Below are positions 44,010 through 54,904 of a DNA stretch of 64,000 nt, one piece after another. A program made the translations under genes and the position numbers. Where the stretch lies: assembly GCA_001661245.1 (NCBI GenBank), contig KV454015.1, positions 980,924 through 1,044,923 of the forward strand, given 5' to 3'. Source of the DNA: Pachysolen tannophilus NRRL Y-2460 (Eukaryota). Position 1 is the first letter of the stretch. Each line of letters opens with the position of its first letter. Below the pieces are notes generated by a model. That model was not told the DNA's origin and did not search any database. It saw nothing but the letters and a program-made list of their open reading frames with translations.

Positions 44010-45590
44010 TTAATTGCAGTTGCCAACTTCGTATTTCCCATTAGGAGCATCAATTAATTTTAAGTACTTGTTACAATCTGGGACCTCATCTTCTACATGG
44101 CCAATAATCAATACACATCCTTTATTCCAATCTTCCATGATCAGCTTACATTTTTCTATTGTTTCTTCATTCATAGCACTAAATGCTTCATCCAAGATTA
44201 AAATCTTTGGGTCTTTAACTATTGCTCTTAGGAATAATACAAGTTTCTGATCCGAAACTTGCAATTCTCCAAATTTTTTAGTTGGATCTAATTTGAAAAA
44301 ATTAATCATTTGGTTAATTTTATCAATTTCATCTTTTTTCAAGTTTGTTGGTGGTAAATAGTTACCTACAGTAAATCCATTTCCAATTGTTTCGAAAACA
44401 GTTCTATTTCTAGGGAAAATGGCATGTAATTCAGGTGATGTGAAACCAATATCATTATTAGTATCAAAATAGTTTGTTTTACCAGTTTTTCTTGGCTCTC
44501 CAAAGATTGAAATTTTATTATTCCAGGATTGTGGGTGATCCAAAGTGAGAAGTGAAAGTAATGTAGTCTTACCAGAGCCATTATTACCTCTAATATGCCA
44601 TTTCTCACCATCATGAACTTTCCAAGTTAAATTTTTTAAAATAGGTTTACCACCATAAACAACATCAATTCCATCAATTTCAATTATTTCTCCTCCATTT
44701 GTTGGATTAAAATTTCTAGAATTATTGGTTTTTTTATTTAATTTAGTTAATTTCTTTAATTCCAAAACTTGTTTTTTCTCATTTTGTTCATTAAAATGTT
44801 GTTCAAGTAATCTACCAAGTTTATTTTCCAAGTTTTCTCGTAAACCATAAACATCAAGTCCATTTTCATTAACAATTGCAACATGATCAATCCATTCTGG
44901 AACTTTATCATGAATTCTTAATCCAATAATAATACTTCTTGTCTTTGAAGCATTCAGCAATACATCAGAAACAGTTTTAGTAGCTGTGGGATCTAAACCT
45001 AAAAATGGATCATCAATAATTAAAATTTTGGTATCTTTATATAAAGCTTTAGCTATTCTAGCTCTTCTAAATTGTCCATTACTCAACCCATTAATAAACT
45101 TGTCTTCTAAACCTTTTAAATTCAAATCGGTAACCAATTTATTAAACTTATTCTTATCAATCTTATGAGATGAATTATATGAAAGATTACAAACAAAGTC
45201 TGTCATTTTCTCATCAATTTCTAAATCTTTAAAAGTTTCATATCTAGCACCTAAATGCGTAAATCCACCATTTCCTGAACCATCAGCTGCTTTACCATAA
45301 TTATTATTTGTAAATTGCAATAACTCAATCACAGAATTCGGCCAAGTATTATGTTCCAAGAACGGATAAGCTCTAGCTTTCAAAGGATGGGGTATAAAAT
45401 GACCTGCTAATATCTTTAAAAATATAGACTTTGATGAACCTATTATAGCATAATTTTCACCTTTATTCACATGAAATGTCACCGGATTCTTATATACCAA
45501 CTCCCCACTCTTAAGCAAATTTCTCTGTGAATGAATACCCAATGCCTTCTTGAAAAATGCATTTTCAATCGAGATAATCCTCTTACTCAT
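44010..45590 (-). CDS. Soluble twin-ABC ATPase, YDR061W/ModF-like
   Basis: ATG at 45590; LSNGQFRRARIA, IIDDPFLGLD, GNNGSGKT and LILDEAFS; no TM segments. Confidence 0.85.
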   Translation of the reverse strand: MSKRIISIENAFFKKALGIHSQRNLLKSGELVYKNPVTFHVNKGENYAIIGSSKSIFLKILAGHFIPHPLKARAYPFLEHNTWPNSVIELLQFTNNNYGKAADGSGNGGFTHLGARYETFKDLEIDEKMTDFVCNLSYNSSHKIDKNKFNKLVTDLNLKGLEDKFINGLSNGQFRRARIAKALYKDTKILIIDDPFLGLDPTATKTVSDVLLNASKTRSIIIGLRIHDKVPEWIDHVAIVNENGLDVYGLRENLENKLGRLLEQHFNEQNEKKQVLELKKLTKLNKKTNNSRNFNPTNGGEIIEIDGIDVVYGGKPILKNLTWKVHDGEKWHIRGNNGSGKTTLLSLLTLDHPQSWNNKISIFGEPRKTGKTNYFDTNNDIGFTSPELHAIFPRNRTVFETIGNGFTVGNYLPPTNLKKDEIDKINQMINFFKLDPTKKFGELQVSDQKLVLFLRAIVKDPKILILDEAFSAMNEETIEKCKLIMEDWNKGCVLIIGHVEDEVPDCNKYLKLIDAPNGKYEVGNCN

Positions 45591-46026
45591 GGCCAATAAT
45601 ACCTTGTAATTCCGTATTTCCCTGGTATATGAAATATATATATATATATATTTATATATAAATATGGCTTGGTAAATTTAGCTTATACCTTTTTAAGCGA
45701 AACGTCAAAAAAGCAGCGGCAGAACAGTTTAATTGATTTATTTAAATCAATAGAAGAATAAAGAATAGTGGAGAAAAAAAGCTTTAGAAGGCACCACTAG
45801 TATTTCTTATATCCATCCTCATTAGATTTATTGTTATTGATCTTTATAATTGTGGGGATTTTTTTTTTTATTTTCTTTTGATTTGATTTGAATTGGTTTG
45901 GTTTGGGTTATATTGATATTATTACTTTTAATTTTCAATATTGAGAGTTTTCTAAGTTTTTGATCATATTTTTTTCATAATTAAATGTCCATTCCTTCGT
46001 TTTTGTTCAATAGCATTGTTTAAGTA

Positions 46027-49000
46027 ATGTCGACTATTAACAATGGCCATCGGAAGCCAAAGAGAAACATTACGTATATTTTGGGGCCTACTCAACTTCA
46101 TAAAGGACATTTTTTAGGCGTTATTTCGTTACAATTTAATGAAGCTACAAATACTTTATATTCTGGAGGAAGAGATGGTGTTGTTTCTACTTGGAATTCA
46201 CACGAAGATTTTGATCAAAATATTCTCGGCTCTGGAAGCAAAGAAGATGATTATTCCAATTTGAATGATTTTAATACAATAAATGAATATGTAAAATCTA
46301 ATTATGATAATGAAAACGAATTGTTATTTTTGGAAAAACAAATACGGAAAGGTTTAAATTTTTATCAACCAAGATTTGGAAATTATTCTATAGATAAAAA
46401 TGTTCAATTACATTCGGATTGGATTAATGATATCAAATTGTTGAATGATAATAAGTCTTTAGTTTCTTGTTCTTCCGATCTATCTATTAAGCTTTGGGAT
46501 TCCACTTCAACAAATGAGATTTCAACAATAGGCCACCATACAGATTATGTTAAATGTCTCGCTTATAACAGAATGAACCCACATCAGATAATTTCTGGAG
46601 GTTTAGATAAGACAATAAACTTGTGGGATTTAAATGAAAAAAAATCGATTTATACTTTAACAGATCCTAACAATGAAAGAGGTTCCATTTATGCATTATC
46701 TTCTATAAATTCAATGATTGCTTCTGGAGGACCAGAACAAAAGATTAAAGTATTTGATACCAGATTAGGTGGTCAGAAACCAATAAAGACTTTATTGGGT
46801 CATCAGGGCAATATTAGAAGCGTAATTTTGAAAAATGATTATTTATTATCAGGTTCAGCAGATTCTACAATAAGATTATGGTGTCTTAGAACTAATAGAT
46901 TATTAAGAACTTTTGATATGCATGATTCTTCAATTTGGTGTCTTGAATGTCCAGAAAATGAAAATAATAATAGTGATATGTTCAATGTTTTCTATTCTGG
47001 TGATAAAAATGGATTAATAATCAAAACTGATTTGAAAAATACAAATTATGGATCCAATACAGCTGATGATTCCATGATAACGAGCAAATTAAACGATAAT
47101 TTAGGAATTTCGACTATTATAGCATCTGATGAACTTTCTGCGAACGATAACGACCCAAGGGTTTCGAAAAACACTACATCAGCACCATCTAATGGTGTTT
47201 TATCATTAGCCTTCGGAGATAATTCGATATGGTCATCTTCTGCAGCTATAACATCATCAGCTACCATAAATACAAATAACTCATTTATTAGAAGGTGGGG
47301 TGTTCCAAACTCAAACAAGTTGTTAGCATATCAGTCGATTAAATTACTGAAAAATATCAGTCTCTTAAACCAGGATACTAATGATAATACCAATTCAGTT
47401 GCATCATCTTTGAATGAAAACCAAGTATCGGCAAGTGGAGTTTCATTGAAAACAAATAATCTTCAGCATGATGATTTATATGATTTGATATCACACTTAT
47501 CAAATGATACTTCTAATTACGACTTAAGTACTCAATTGGATGATCTGTTATCTGCTAGAGGAAATAGCCCAAATACGATCCAAAATACACAAATTGATGA
47601 AACAGTTGATAATGATGATTTTGAAATGTTTTCATCTCCATTTCTTTCAACTTCTGGTGGTCCTTGTTTGGAATTTATTAGTGCTGTTCCACTTTACGAT
47701 GATGATGATAATCAAGCGGAACCAACTGATGAGGAAGATTTTAAAATTGAAATTGTACATGATTTGACACAACCCAACAGAATCAAATCGATTCCTATAA
47801 ATGACCATCCACTTCAAATTATTAATGGACAAAATGGTTTAATAAAACATAGACTCTTAAATAATAGAAGAATTGTTGTTACTATGGATACCGCAGGTAC
47901 AATTCAACTTTGGGACTTGATCAAATGTTGTGTTTCGGAAACAATTGATATGGAAGATTTAATCACGAACAATATAAATGATGAAAAGTTGGAATTACAA
48001 TTTGATGAGGTTATTAATAATTACCAAACCAACGAAACTTTACCTATGTGGTGCAAGGTAGAAACGAAACTGGGTAAATTATTCATTACTATGGATGAAA
48101 GTACTTTTAGTAATACTGAAATTTATCTTGATCAATTTTTAAAATTCTTTCCTGAATTAGAAACTGAATACAAGTCAAAGACAGCTGATGATGCTGCTTT
48201 TGAGATATTAAAGGAAAGTACCAGGGTAAATCTTGGTAGATTAGTTTTAAAGAATTTGCTAAGTAAATTCATTAAATTAGAAGTAATAGATGATGAAATA
48301 TATAGAGAGAAGAAAATTACAGAATTAGGTGGAGTTCCTGGTAAGCTGTTGTTATCAAAGTTGGCATCAAGTACAAATATACATTCTGTGGTAGGTTCGA
48401 CCACCACAGGTTCGACCACCCCATCGGCTGCAAATAGTAAGCAGGCAGTTGAAGAACCCAAGAAAGAACTGGGCTCTCTTCTGAACACTACTTCAATGGA
48501 ACATCAAAAACCAGCAAGACCATCACCTATTGGTAAAAAATCTTCTGAAGAGTTGCTTGCGGGCTCATCATCGTCTTTAACAACAAAGAAAAAATTCAAA
48601 CTTTTTGGTAGAAAATCTTCATTGTCAACATCTGTTACTTCTTCAGCAGGTAAGAATTCACTGATGACTAGACCTACAGCTAATAGTGGTGGCAGCGGAA
48701 CTAGTGTCAGCGGTGGAAGTGGTGGCAGTGATGACTCTACAGGAAAGAATGGTATTCACTCTAATAATGGTAATATTGGTTTAAGCATTGAAGACTCTAC
48801 TGCTGCTGTTATTCAAAGTTTGAGACAAAAATATAATACGTACCCTGCAACAAAATTACAAGAAACAGAATTGAAAATTGATAATTTAGAATCTCCTTTT
48901 ATTAATCTTAAAAATGAAAAAGATATTTTAATAATAGTCAACGAGATTCAAAGCGATGGTGGTAAAATTGAATTATTCCACAATAAGATATTTGAATATT

Positions 49001-49431
49001 TATCTAAAGAAGATAAAGATAATACATCTTTAAGATTTTTTGAAAAAATATTACCTAAATGGATAGGTGAAGCGGTATTGTTGAATAAATATCCTGAAAT
49101 ACAATATAATAAGATCAATTTTGTTATTGATCAATATAAAAATGAAAATCCATCTACACCTCAAGTACCAGAAATGCCACCTATTACGAAGACTAGTAAT
49201 AGGTTAAACGCAGCAAGTGTCTTGAGAATAAAAAAAATATTAAATTTTATCATTGATAGATTTGATTATAAACCACCAGAAGCCAATGAGACTGGATTCA
49301 AGCCAGAAGAATTTATTGAACTCCTATGTCAAGATCAGGTCTTACCCTTAGACATGACTCTAGGAACTGTAAAGGCCAGAATATGGAAAAAGAATAGCGA
49401 CGTTGTTTTGTACTATAGACGAAAAGTTTAA
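46027..49431 (+). CDS. DUF1: WD40 deubiquitinase-associated factor Duf1 (WDR48/UAF1 homolog)
   Basis: LYSGGRDG, HSDWINDI, SCSSDLSIKLW, HTDYVKCL and C-terminal ELLCQDQVLP...TLGTVK...VVLYYR. Confidence 0.88.
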   Translation: MSTINNGHRKPKRNITYILGPTQLHKGHFLGVISLQFNEATNTLYSGGRDGVVSTWNSHEDFDQNILGSGSKEDDYSNLNDFNTINEYVKSNYDNENELLFLEKQIRKGLNFYQPRFGNYSIDKNVQLHSDWINDIKLLNDNKSLVSCSSDLSIKLWDSTSTNEISTIGHHTDYVKCLAYNRMNPHQIISGGLDKTINLWDLNEKKSIYTLTDPNNERGSIYALSSINSMIASGGPEQKIKVFDTRLGGQKPIKTLLGHQGNIRSVILKNDYLLSGSADSTIRLWCLRTNRLLRTFDMHDSSIWCLECPENENNNSDMFNVFYSGDKNGLIIKTDLKNTNYGSNTADDSMITSKLNDNLGISTIIASDELSANDNDPRVSKNTTSAPSNGVLSLAFGDNSIWSSSAAITSSATINTNNSFIRRWGVPNSNKLLAYQSIKLLKNISLLNQDTNDNTNSVASSLNENQVSASGVSLKTNNLQHDDLYDLISHLSNDTSNYDLSTQLDDLLSARGNSPNTIQNTQIDETVDNDDFEMFSSPFLSTSGGPCLEFISAVPLYDDDDNQAEPTDEEDFKIEIVHDLTQPNRIKSIPINDHPLQIINGQNGLIKHRLLNNRRIVVTMDTAGTIQLWDLIKCCVSETIDMEDLITNNINDEKLELQFDEVINNYQTNETLPMWCKVETKLGKLFITMDESTFSNTEIYLDQFLKFFPELETEYKSKTADDAAFEILKESTRVNLGRLVLKNLLSKFIKLEVIDDEIYREKKITELGGVPGKLLLSKLASSTNIHSVVGSTTTGSTTPSAANSKQAVEEPKKELGSLLNTTSMEHQKPARPSPIGKKSSEELLAGSSSSLTTKKKFKLFGRKSSLSTSVTSSAGKNSLMTRPTANSGGSGTSVSGGSGGSDDSTGKNGIHSNNGNIGLSIEDSTAAVIQSLRQKYNTYPATKLQETELKIDNLESPFINLKNEKDILIIVNEIQSDGGKIELFHNKIFEYLSKEDKDNTSLRFFEKILPKWIGEAVLLNKYPEIQYNKINFVIDQYKNENPSTPQVPEMPPITKTSNRLNAASVLRIKKILNFIIDRFDYKPPEANETGFKPEEFIELLCQDQVLPLDMTLGTVKARIWKKNSDVVLYYRRKV

Positions 49432-49496
49432 AAGAAAAGTTTTTGGGGTTGGAATTTTTTTTAATTTTTATTTTTTTTTAAAGCAAAAGTATATGG

Positions 49497-49552
<56 letters not shown>

Positions 49553-49854
49553 NNNNNNNNNNNNNNNNNNNNNNNNNNNNNNNNNNNNNNNNNNNNNNNN
49601 NNNNNNNNNNNNNNNNNNNNNNNNNNNNNNNNNNNNNNNNNNNNNNNNNNNNNNNNNNNNNNNNNNNNNNNNNNNNNNNNNNNNNNNNNNNNNNNNNNNN
49701 NNNNNNNNNNNNNNNNNNNNNNNNNNNNNNNNNNNNNNNNNNNNNNNNNNNNNNNNNNNNNNNNNNNNNNNNNNNNNNNNNNNNNNNNNNNNNNNNNNNN
49801 NNNNNNNNNNNNNNNNNNNNNNNNNNNNNNNNNNNNNNNNNNNNNNNNNNNNNN
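49553..49854. other. Assembly gap flanked by poly-T
   Basis: Run of Ns between long T homopolymers. Confidence 1.
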
Positions 49855-50080
49855 TTTTTTTTTTTTTTTTTTTTTTTTGATTTTTTTTTCTTATATCATC
49901 TTATATCTTCACTATTATTATCTTAGTTTATGATTTTACCATCATTCCAGCTATTATTATCAACATTTCTTACAGGTTTATCTCTCTTTTATATCGTTTT
50001 TATTATAGGAACATTTGACCAAAATAAATTAGATCGTGTATCACGTATCAAAAATGTAATTGAAAAAAAAAAATTGAAAA

Positions 50081-50186
50081 TTGAAAATTTTACGGAAAAA
50101 AAACTATGATTCTATCTTTTATAATAAGAACGACAACGATTAGATTGGCAGTAGGTGACGATATTTAGTAGTTAGTTCTCATCAGC
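50081..50186. promoter_or_regulatory. RRPE-like + PAC elements upstream of RPB5
   Basis: TGAAAATTTT at 50081-50090 and CTCATC at 50178-50183 (GATGAG on the minus strand). Confidence 0.6.
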
Positions 50187-50289
50187 AGATAGGGATAGCT
50201 TAACTTTGGTACATAAAGGTATATCACTAGTTAGTTTTTTTTTATCATCTTTTTTTTGTTTTTGTTGTGGGGGAAAGTTAGAACTCAAG

Positions 50290-50934
50290 ATGGAAGATAC
50301 AGATAGAACAGTCTCCAAGTTATGGAGAGCTTATAAAACGGTTAAAGAGATGGTTAAAGATAGAGGTTATTTTATTACTCAAGAAGAAATAGATATTTCG
50401 TTGGAAGAGTTTAGATCCAATATTTGTGATAGTATGGGTATTCCTCAAAGGAAGAAAATGTGTTTTCAAGCTCAACCAACTGCTGAAGCTTTAGAAAAAT
50501 TTGAAGATTTAGGTGCTCTTTGGGTAGAATTTTGTGAAGAACCATCTGTAGGAGTTAAGACAATGAGAAATTTTATCTTACATATCAATGATAGGAATTT
50601 TACCACAGGGATATTTATTTATCAATCTGGGATTACACCTTCTGCTAATAAGTTGATTCCAAGTATTGAAGGTGCTTCTATTGAAACATTTGAAGAAGGT
50701 AGTTTAGTCGTTAATATTACTCATCATGAATTAGTTCCAAAACATATTCGTCTTTCAAAAGAAGAAAAGAAAAGTTTGTTAGAAAGATATAGATTGAAAG
50801 AATCACAGTTACCAAGAATTCAAAAAGAAGACCCTGTGGCTCGTTATCTCGGCTTGAAACGTGGACAAGTTGTAAAAATCATTAGAAGATCAGAAACATC
50901 TGGTCGTTACGCAAGTTATAGAATTTGTTTATAA
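50290..50934 (+). CDS. RPB5: RNA polymerase I/II/III shared subunit Rpb5
   Basis: ATG at 50290; [18 protein letters not shown] and [13 protein letters not shown]. Confidence 0.98.
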   Translation: MEDTDRTVSKLWRAYKTVKEMVKDRGYFITQEEIDISLEEFRSNICDSMGIPQRKKMCFQAQPTAEALEKFEDLGALWVEFCEEPSVGVKTMRNFILHINDRNFTTGIFIYQSGITPSANKLIPSIEGASIETFEEGSLVVNITHHELVPKHIRLSKEEKKSLLERYRLKESQLPRIQKEDPVARYLGLKRGQVVKIIRRSETSGRYASYRICL

Positions 50935-51061
50935 TTAAAACAGCTTTAAATTTATTTTTTTTCTTGTTTTTTGTTCTATTTTATTTTTTTTGTTAATTTT
51001 TTTTTTTTTTTATCATCAGTCTTCAACAAAAATTCAAATCAAATGTATTATAGTTTTCTTA

Positions 51062-51841
51062 TTAATTGTCAATTGTAGCAGCTATGACACTATCTTGGAT
51101 ACCATTCCACCATTTTACATTTTTCAAGTTAACTTTCCCATTTGGTGAAACTTCAACACCTTGGCTTCCCAAAAATACAGGACCAACTGTTATAATTAAA
51201 GAATCTACTATAACAGGTTTGAATGTTAATAATTTGTTAATTACTGTAGCTCCACCTTCAACCATTACTGAATTGATCTTTTCAGATCTTAAAAAATGCA
51301 AGATATCTAACCAAGAAATTTTACCATCATCTAAAGAAATTGGTAATTGAATAATTTTAACTTGTGTTTGTTGTACAAACTTTTCATGTTCAGATCCTAA
51401 TTTCACATGGTCTCCAATTATTATCCAGGCAGGTAAACCTTTGTTTTCCAAGTATAATTTATGTAATTTCGAATTTTGATAATCATTGAACCATTTGAAA
51501 TTTGGATCCACCACTACTGGACGTATACTATGAACATCATCACCCACTTGTGAAACATACCTGCAATTCAATCCAGGATCATCAGCAACCACCGTTTTCA
51601 CACCAACTAATATAGCATCATGCTTCGACCGGATATAATGTGTCATTGTCTTGGTTTCCAGATGTGATATAACCGTTTGAACACCAGAACTTAGTGAAAT
51701 TCTTGAATCCAATGACTGCGCATATGTTAAAGTGACAAATGGTCTTGAAAAATCACCATCTTTTTTCCACTGAGTCTCATGAGGAAGATATGAACAAAGA
51801 AATGGAACCAAAGTTTCCGGTAGTGGGATCAATTCAGACAT
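51062..51841 (-). CDS. RIB7: Riboflavin pathway pyrimidine nucleotide reductase
   Basis: PFVTLTYAQSLD, HDAILVG, DDPGLNCR and SVMVEGGA; convergent with RPB5 as in S. cerevisiae. Confidence 0.95.
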   Translation of the reverse strand: MSELIPLPETLVPFLCSYLPHETQWKKDGDFSRPFVTLTYAQSLDSRISLSSGVQTVISHLETKTMTHYIRSKHDAILVGVKTVVADDPGLNCRYVSQVGDDVHSIRPVVVDPNFKWFNDYQNSKLHKLYLENKGLPAWIIIGDHVKLGSEHEKFVQQTQVKIIQLPISLDDGKISWLDILHFLRSEKINSVMVEGGATVINKLLTFKPVIVDSLIITVGPVFLGSQGVEVSPNGKVNLKNVKWWNGIQDSVIAATIDN

Positions 51842-51876
51842 ATTTCTCTTTTATAAATAATGTAATTGTATTATAT

Positions 51877-51882
51877 ACGCGT
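51877..51882. promoter_or_regulatory. MCB element (ACGCGT) in the RIB7/MHF1 divergent promoter
   Basis: Exact ACGCGT about 150 bp upstream of the MHF1 ATG. Confidence 0.45.
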
Positions 51883-52027
51883 AATTGAGTGTGTGTGTTT
51901 TTTTTTTTCTAACATTTTAATGCATTTTTTTTGTTTTGGAATTTTTATTTTTTAATTCTTTTACAATTTGATTCAGTTAAATCTTTCAATTTCATATTGG
52001 CGGAAGATCGAGGAGTAGAAGAAAACT

Positions 52028-52873
52028 ATGAAGCTGCTAACTAAAGAAGAAAGAGAAACAGCTAGTGTATGTATTATTTTTTTAATGTTTTAGAGTTGTT
52101 ATTTGTTATTTGGAGAAAGGTGATTAGAGGAGAAATTGAAAATGTTATTATTTACTAACAATTGAATTAAATTTTGATATTTGATACGAGTAGCATCTCA
52201 AGGCGAATATTTGGTTAACGGTATCTCAAATTTTAGAACAAGAAACTAAGAATTTGAATAATGAAGCAAATAAGGGTAATGATATAACAGCGACTCCTAG
52301 GTTTACTGCTGCATTAGTAGAATTGGTATATAATCAGTGTTGTAAGTTATTTCCTTTTTGTTCTTTGATGTCAAGAAATCAAATCTTGAAATACTAACGG
52401 TGTTAACAGTATCATTAGGAGAAGATTTGGAAGCATTCTCGAGGTAAGTGGAAACTAAAACTATCACAAAGATCCATATCTATATGTATTTCATTTTTTT
52501 ATAAAACTAACTAAAAATTGTGTTTAATAGACATGCAAAGAAAAAGACAATTCAACCTGAGGATTTGTTCATGGTTACAAGAAGAAATGATGTTTTAACA
52601 ACAGTGCTACAAGACTATGCAATAGAATTGGATCAACGAGCAATAGAAGAATCTAAGGACCAAAGAACCAAAGGAAATGAAACAAGGAAATTGAAAAAAA
52701 TGAAAAAGATAAATCACAATGGCGGACAGAGTTCCGATACAAGTATAGTGATAGACGATGAAGATGACAAAATGAAAGATCAAGAACCAACTCCAGATCC
52801 CGAAAACGACATCGAAAACGAGATTGAAGATGAAATCGATGATGACTTTGATGATGAAGAGTTGTTCAAATAA
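52028..52873 (+). CDS. MHF1: Histone-fold protein Mhf1/CENP-S; exons 52028-52066, 52194-52341, 52410-52443, 52531-52873 (187 aa)
   Basis: Three GT-AG introns with branch points keep frame and give HLKANIWLTV...TPRFTAALVELVYNQ...LGEDLEAFSRHAKKKTIQPEDLFMVTRRN, the CENP-S signature. Confidence 0.9.
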
Positions 52874-53120
52874 TTGTTCAGCTTCCCTATTAAATAATAA
52901 ACTGTATGGTCGTGTGTGTATTTACCCAATTCCATTTTAGGAAATTTTTAATTTTTTTTTTTAATTTTTTTCCAAATTTTCAAAATTTTTCAAATTTCGA
53001 CGTTTCGTAACTTTTTAACAGTATTTAGATATTAACGGTACCAAAGAATAGTTCTGTAGTTTTTGATTGAATGTTGTTTTGAAGGATATCAGAAGGTCTA
53101 ATAAAAGAAAGAAAGGAAAA

Positions 53121-54041
53121 ATGTTTTTCAAGACAATAGTGAGCAAAAGTAAAACTGAGATAACATCCTTAACTTCATTAGGGTTTAGAAGAGGAATATT
53201 TTATTCCTCAAGTTTATTTCAACAAAATTCAAAGACAGCTCTTATTCCAGCATTTACAGATATTATTAATAGGCCATCGAACTCGCAGCATAATTTAATA
53301 CCAGAGTATGAACAGGTGAGAGTTACACCAACTTCGCCAACTTTTTTTGCATCTAATCCACCTCATGAATTGAATATGTTAAAGTTGAATGAAGTTTTGA
53401 ATAAATATATTTCATTTCCATATGATGCATCCCAAAATAAATCAGGGTCTTGGATCTCAATGAAGGAATACGCCATGATTGGTGGTGGTTCCAGATTGAA
53501 AATTGTTCATCATCAAGAATTGGTCAGTTTGTTGAATAGAATTGCAGCTATAGATCCACAATTACAAAATGATGAAATTACAAATGCTTTACAACCTTTT
53601 AAAAAACAAGATAATTCAACTTCAAGTACTTTGATTAGGAAGCAGTTGGATGAATTTGGACGTGCTGTATGTGTAGGAAGAAGAAAGGCATCAAGTGCAA
53701 AAGTTTATTTGGTAAAAGGTTCTGGTGAATTTTTGGTTAACAATAAATCATTAAATGAAGTTTTCCCTAGTTTAGCAGATAGATTGAAAATATTATTCCC
53801 TTTGAAAGTTGTTGATGCTGAAGGAAGTTACAATGTCTTTGCCAAGGTAAGAGGTGGTGGAACTACAGGTCAGGCTGGCGCTATTGTATCTGCTATTGCT
53901 CAAGGTTTGATAATACATAATCCTTTACTTAAGGCAAGATTGTACAAGGCCGGTTGTATGACAAAAGACCATAGAGTTGTAGAAAGAAAGAAGGCTGGTA
54001 AGAGAAAGGCTAGAAAATCACCAACTTGGGTCAAACGTTAA
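53121..54041 (+). CDS. MRPS9: Mitochondrial ribosomal protein uS9m
   Basis: ATG at 53121; GRRKASSAKV, GGGTTGQAGAI and VERKKAGKRKARKSPTWVKR. Confidence 0.95.
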   Translation: MFFKTIVSKSKTEITSLTSLGFRRGIFYSSSLFQQNSKTALIPAFTDIINRPSNSQHNLIPEYEQVRVTPTSPTFFASNPPHELNMLKLNEVLNKYISFPYDASQNKSGSWISMKEYAMIGGGSRLKIVHHQELVSLLNRIAAIDPQLQNDEITNALQPFKKQDNSTSSTLIRKQLDEFGRAVCVGRRKASSAKVYLVKGSGEFLVNNKSLNEVFPSLADRLKILFPLKVVDAEGSYNVFAKVRGGGTTGQAGAIVSAIAQGLIIHNPLLKARLYKAGCMTKDHRVVERKKAGKRKARKSPTWVKR

Positions 54042-54242
54042 TATGTCTGTCTCTATGTAAACACACATATATATATATATATAAATATTACTGGCCTATA
54101 TAATAACTTGTAAATACATATATTATCATACAAAAATAATGTTTTTTTTTTTCCTCTTTGAAGTGCATAGTAATTATTAGTTTGAAACTTTTTAATCTCT
54201 ATTTTCCAAAAAAAAACAACTGATTTATTTGAACAAATAGCT

Positions 54243-54823
54243 ATGACTTGTCGAAGCAACAAGTGGGTTCAGAACTTGATATGCAAAAGATGTTTTAGTG
54301 TCCAATCAGGTTTATTCAATAATAACTCTCAAGGGTTGAAGAATAATTTGCGCAAAAGAAGAATATTAAATGAACCCGTATTGTCTTTAGATGAAGTAAG
54401 TAAATCATTGAAATTGTTCCTGGTGTTTTCTCTAAATTGTATTTTCATATTATAATAATGGCAGCTAACAAGTTTTTTTTTTATTGTTTAACATTAGTTC
54501 ATCTTGAGAAATCAAATAAAGACGTTGTATAGAAGGATAATAAGATCATGTAAGCGTATGTAATTTTCACATTTTGAAATGTTATGAGAACTAATATACT
54601 GATTAATAATTTTCTAGTAATTGGTGACAAATCAACAAGTTTGGAGCTAATGACATATACAAAAGAAGAATTTAGAATTCATGATAGTGTTAAAGATCAT
54701 GATCTTCGAAAATACTTGTTATCAAAAGGTTTGAAATCATATAGAGATTTTATGAAGAATTTAGTTGGATTAAATCCAGAATTTTCCAAAATTTTAGTAA
54801 AGGAAGATGAATTCAAAATATAA
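54243..54823 (+). CDS. Mitochondrial LYR-motif protein (LYRM2-like); exons 54243-54395, 54498-54555, 54618-54823 (138 aa)
   Basis: Two in-frame introns join SLDE-FILRNQIKTLYRRIIRS-...KEEFR...RKYLLSKG; Arg-rich presequence-like N-terminus. Confidence 0.8.
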
Positions 54824-54904
54824 AAGATAGAATGAAATGCGTTCACTTCAATTTATTTATTCAATAACTTATTTATTTATTTATTTACATATTAAGAAAA
54901 ATTG

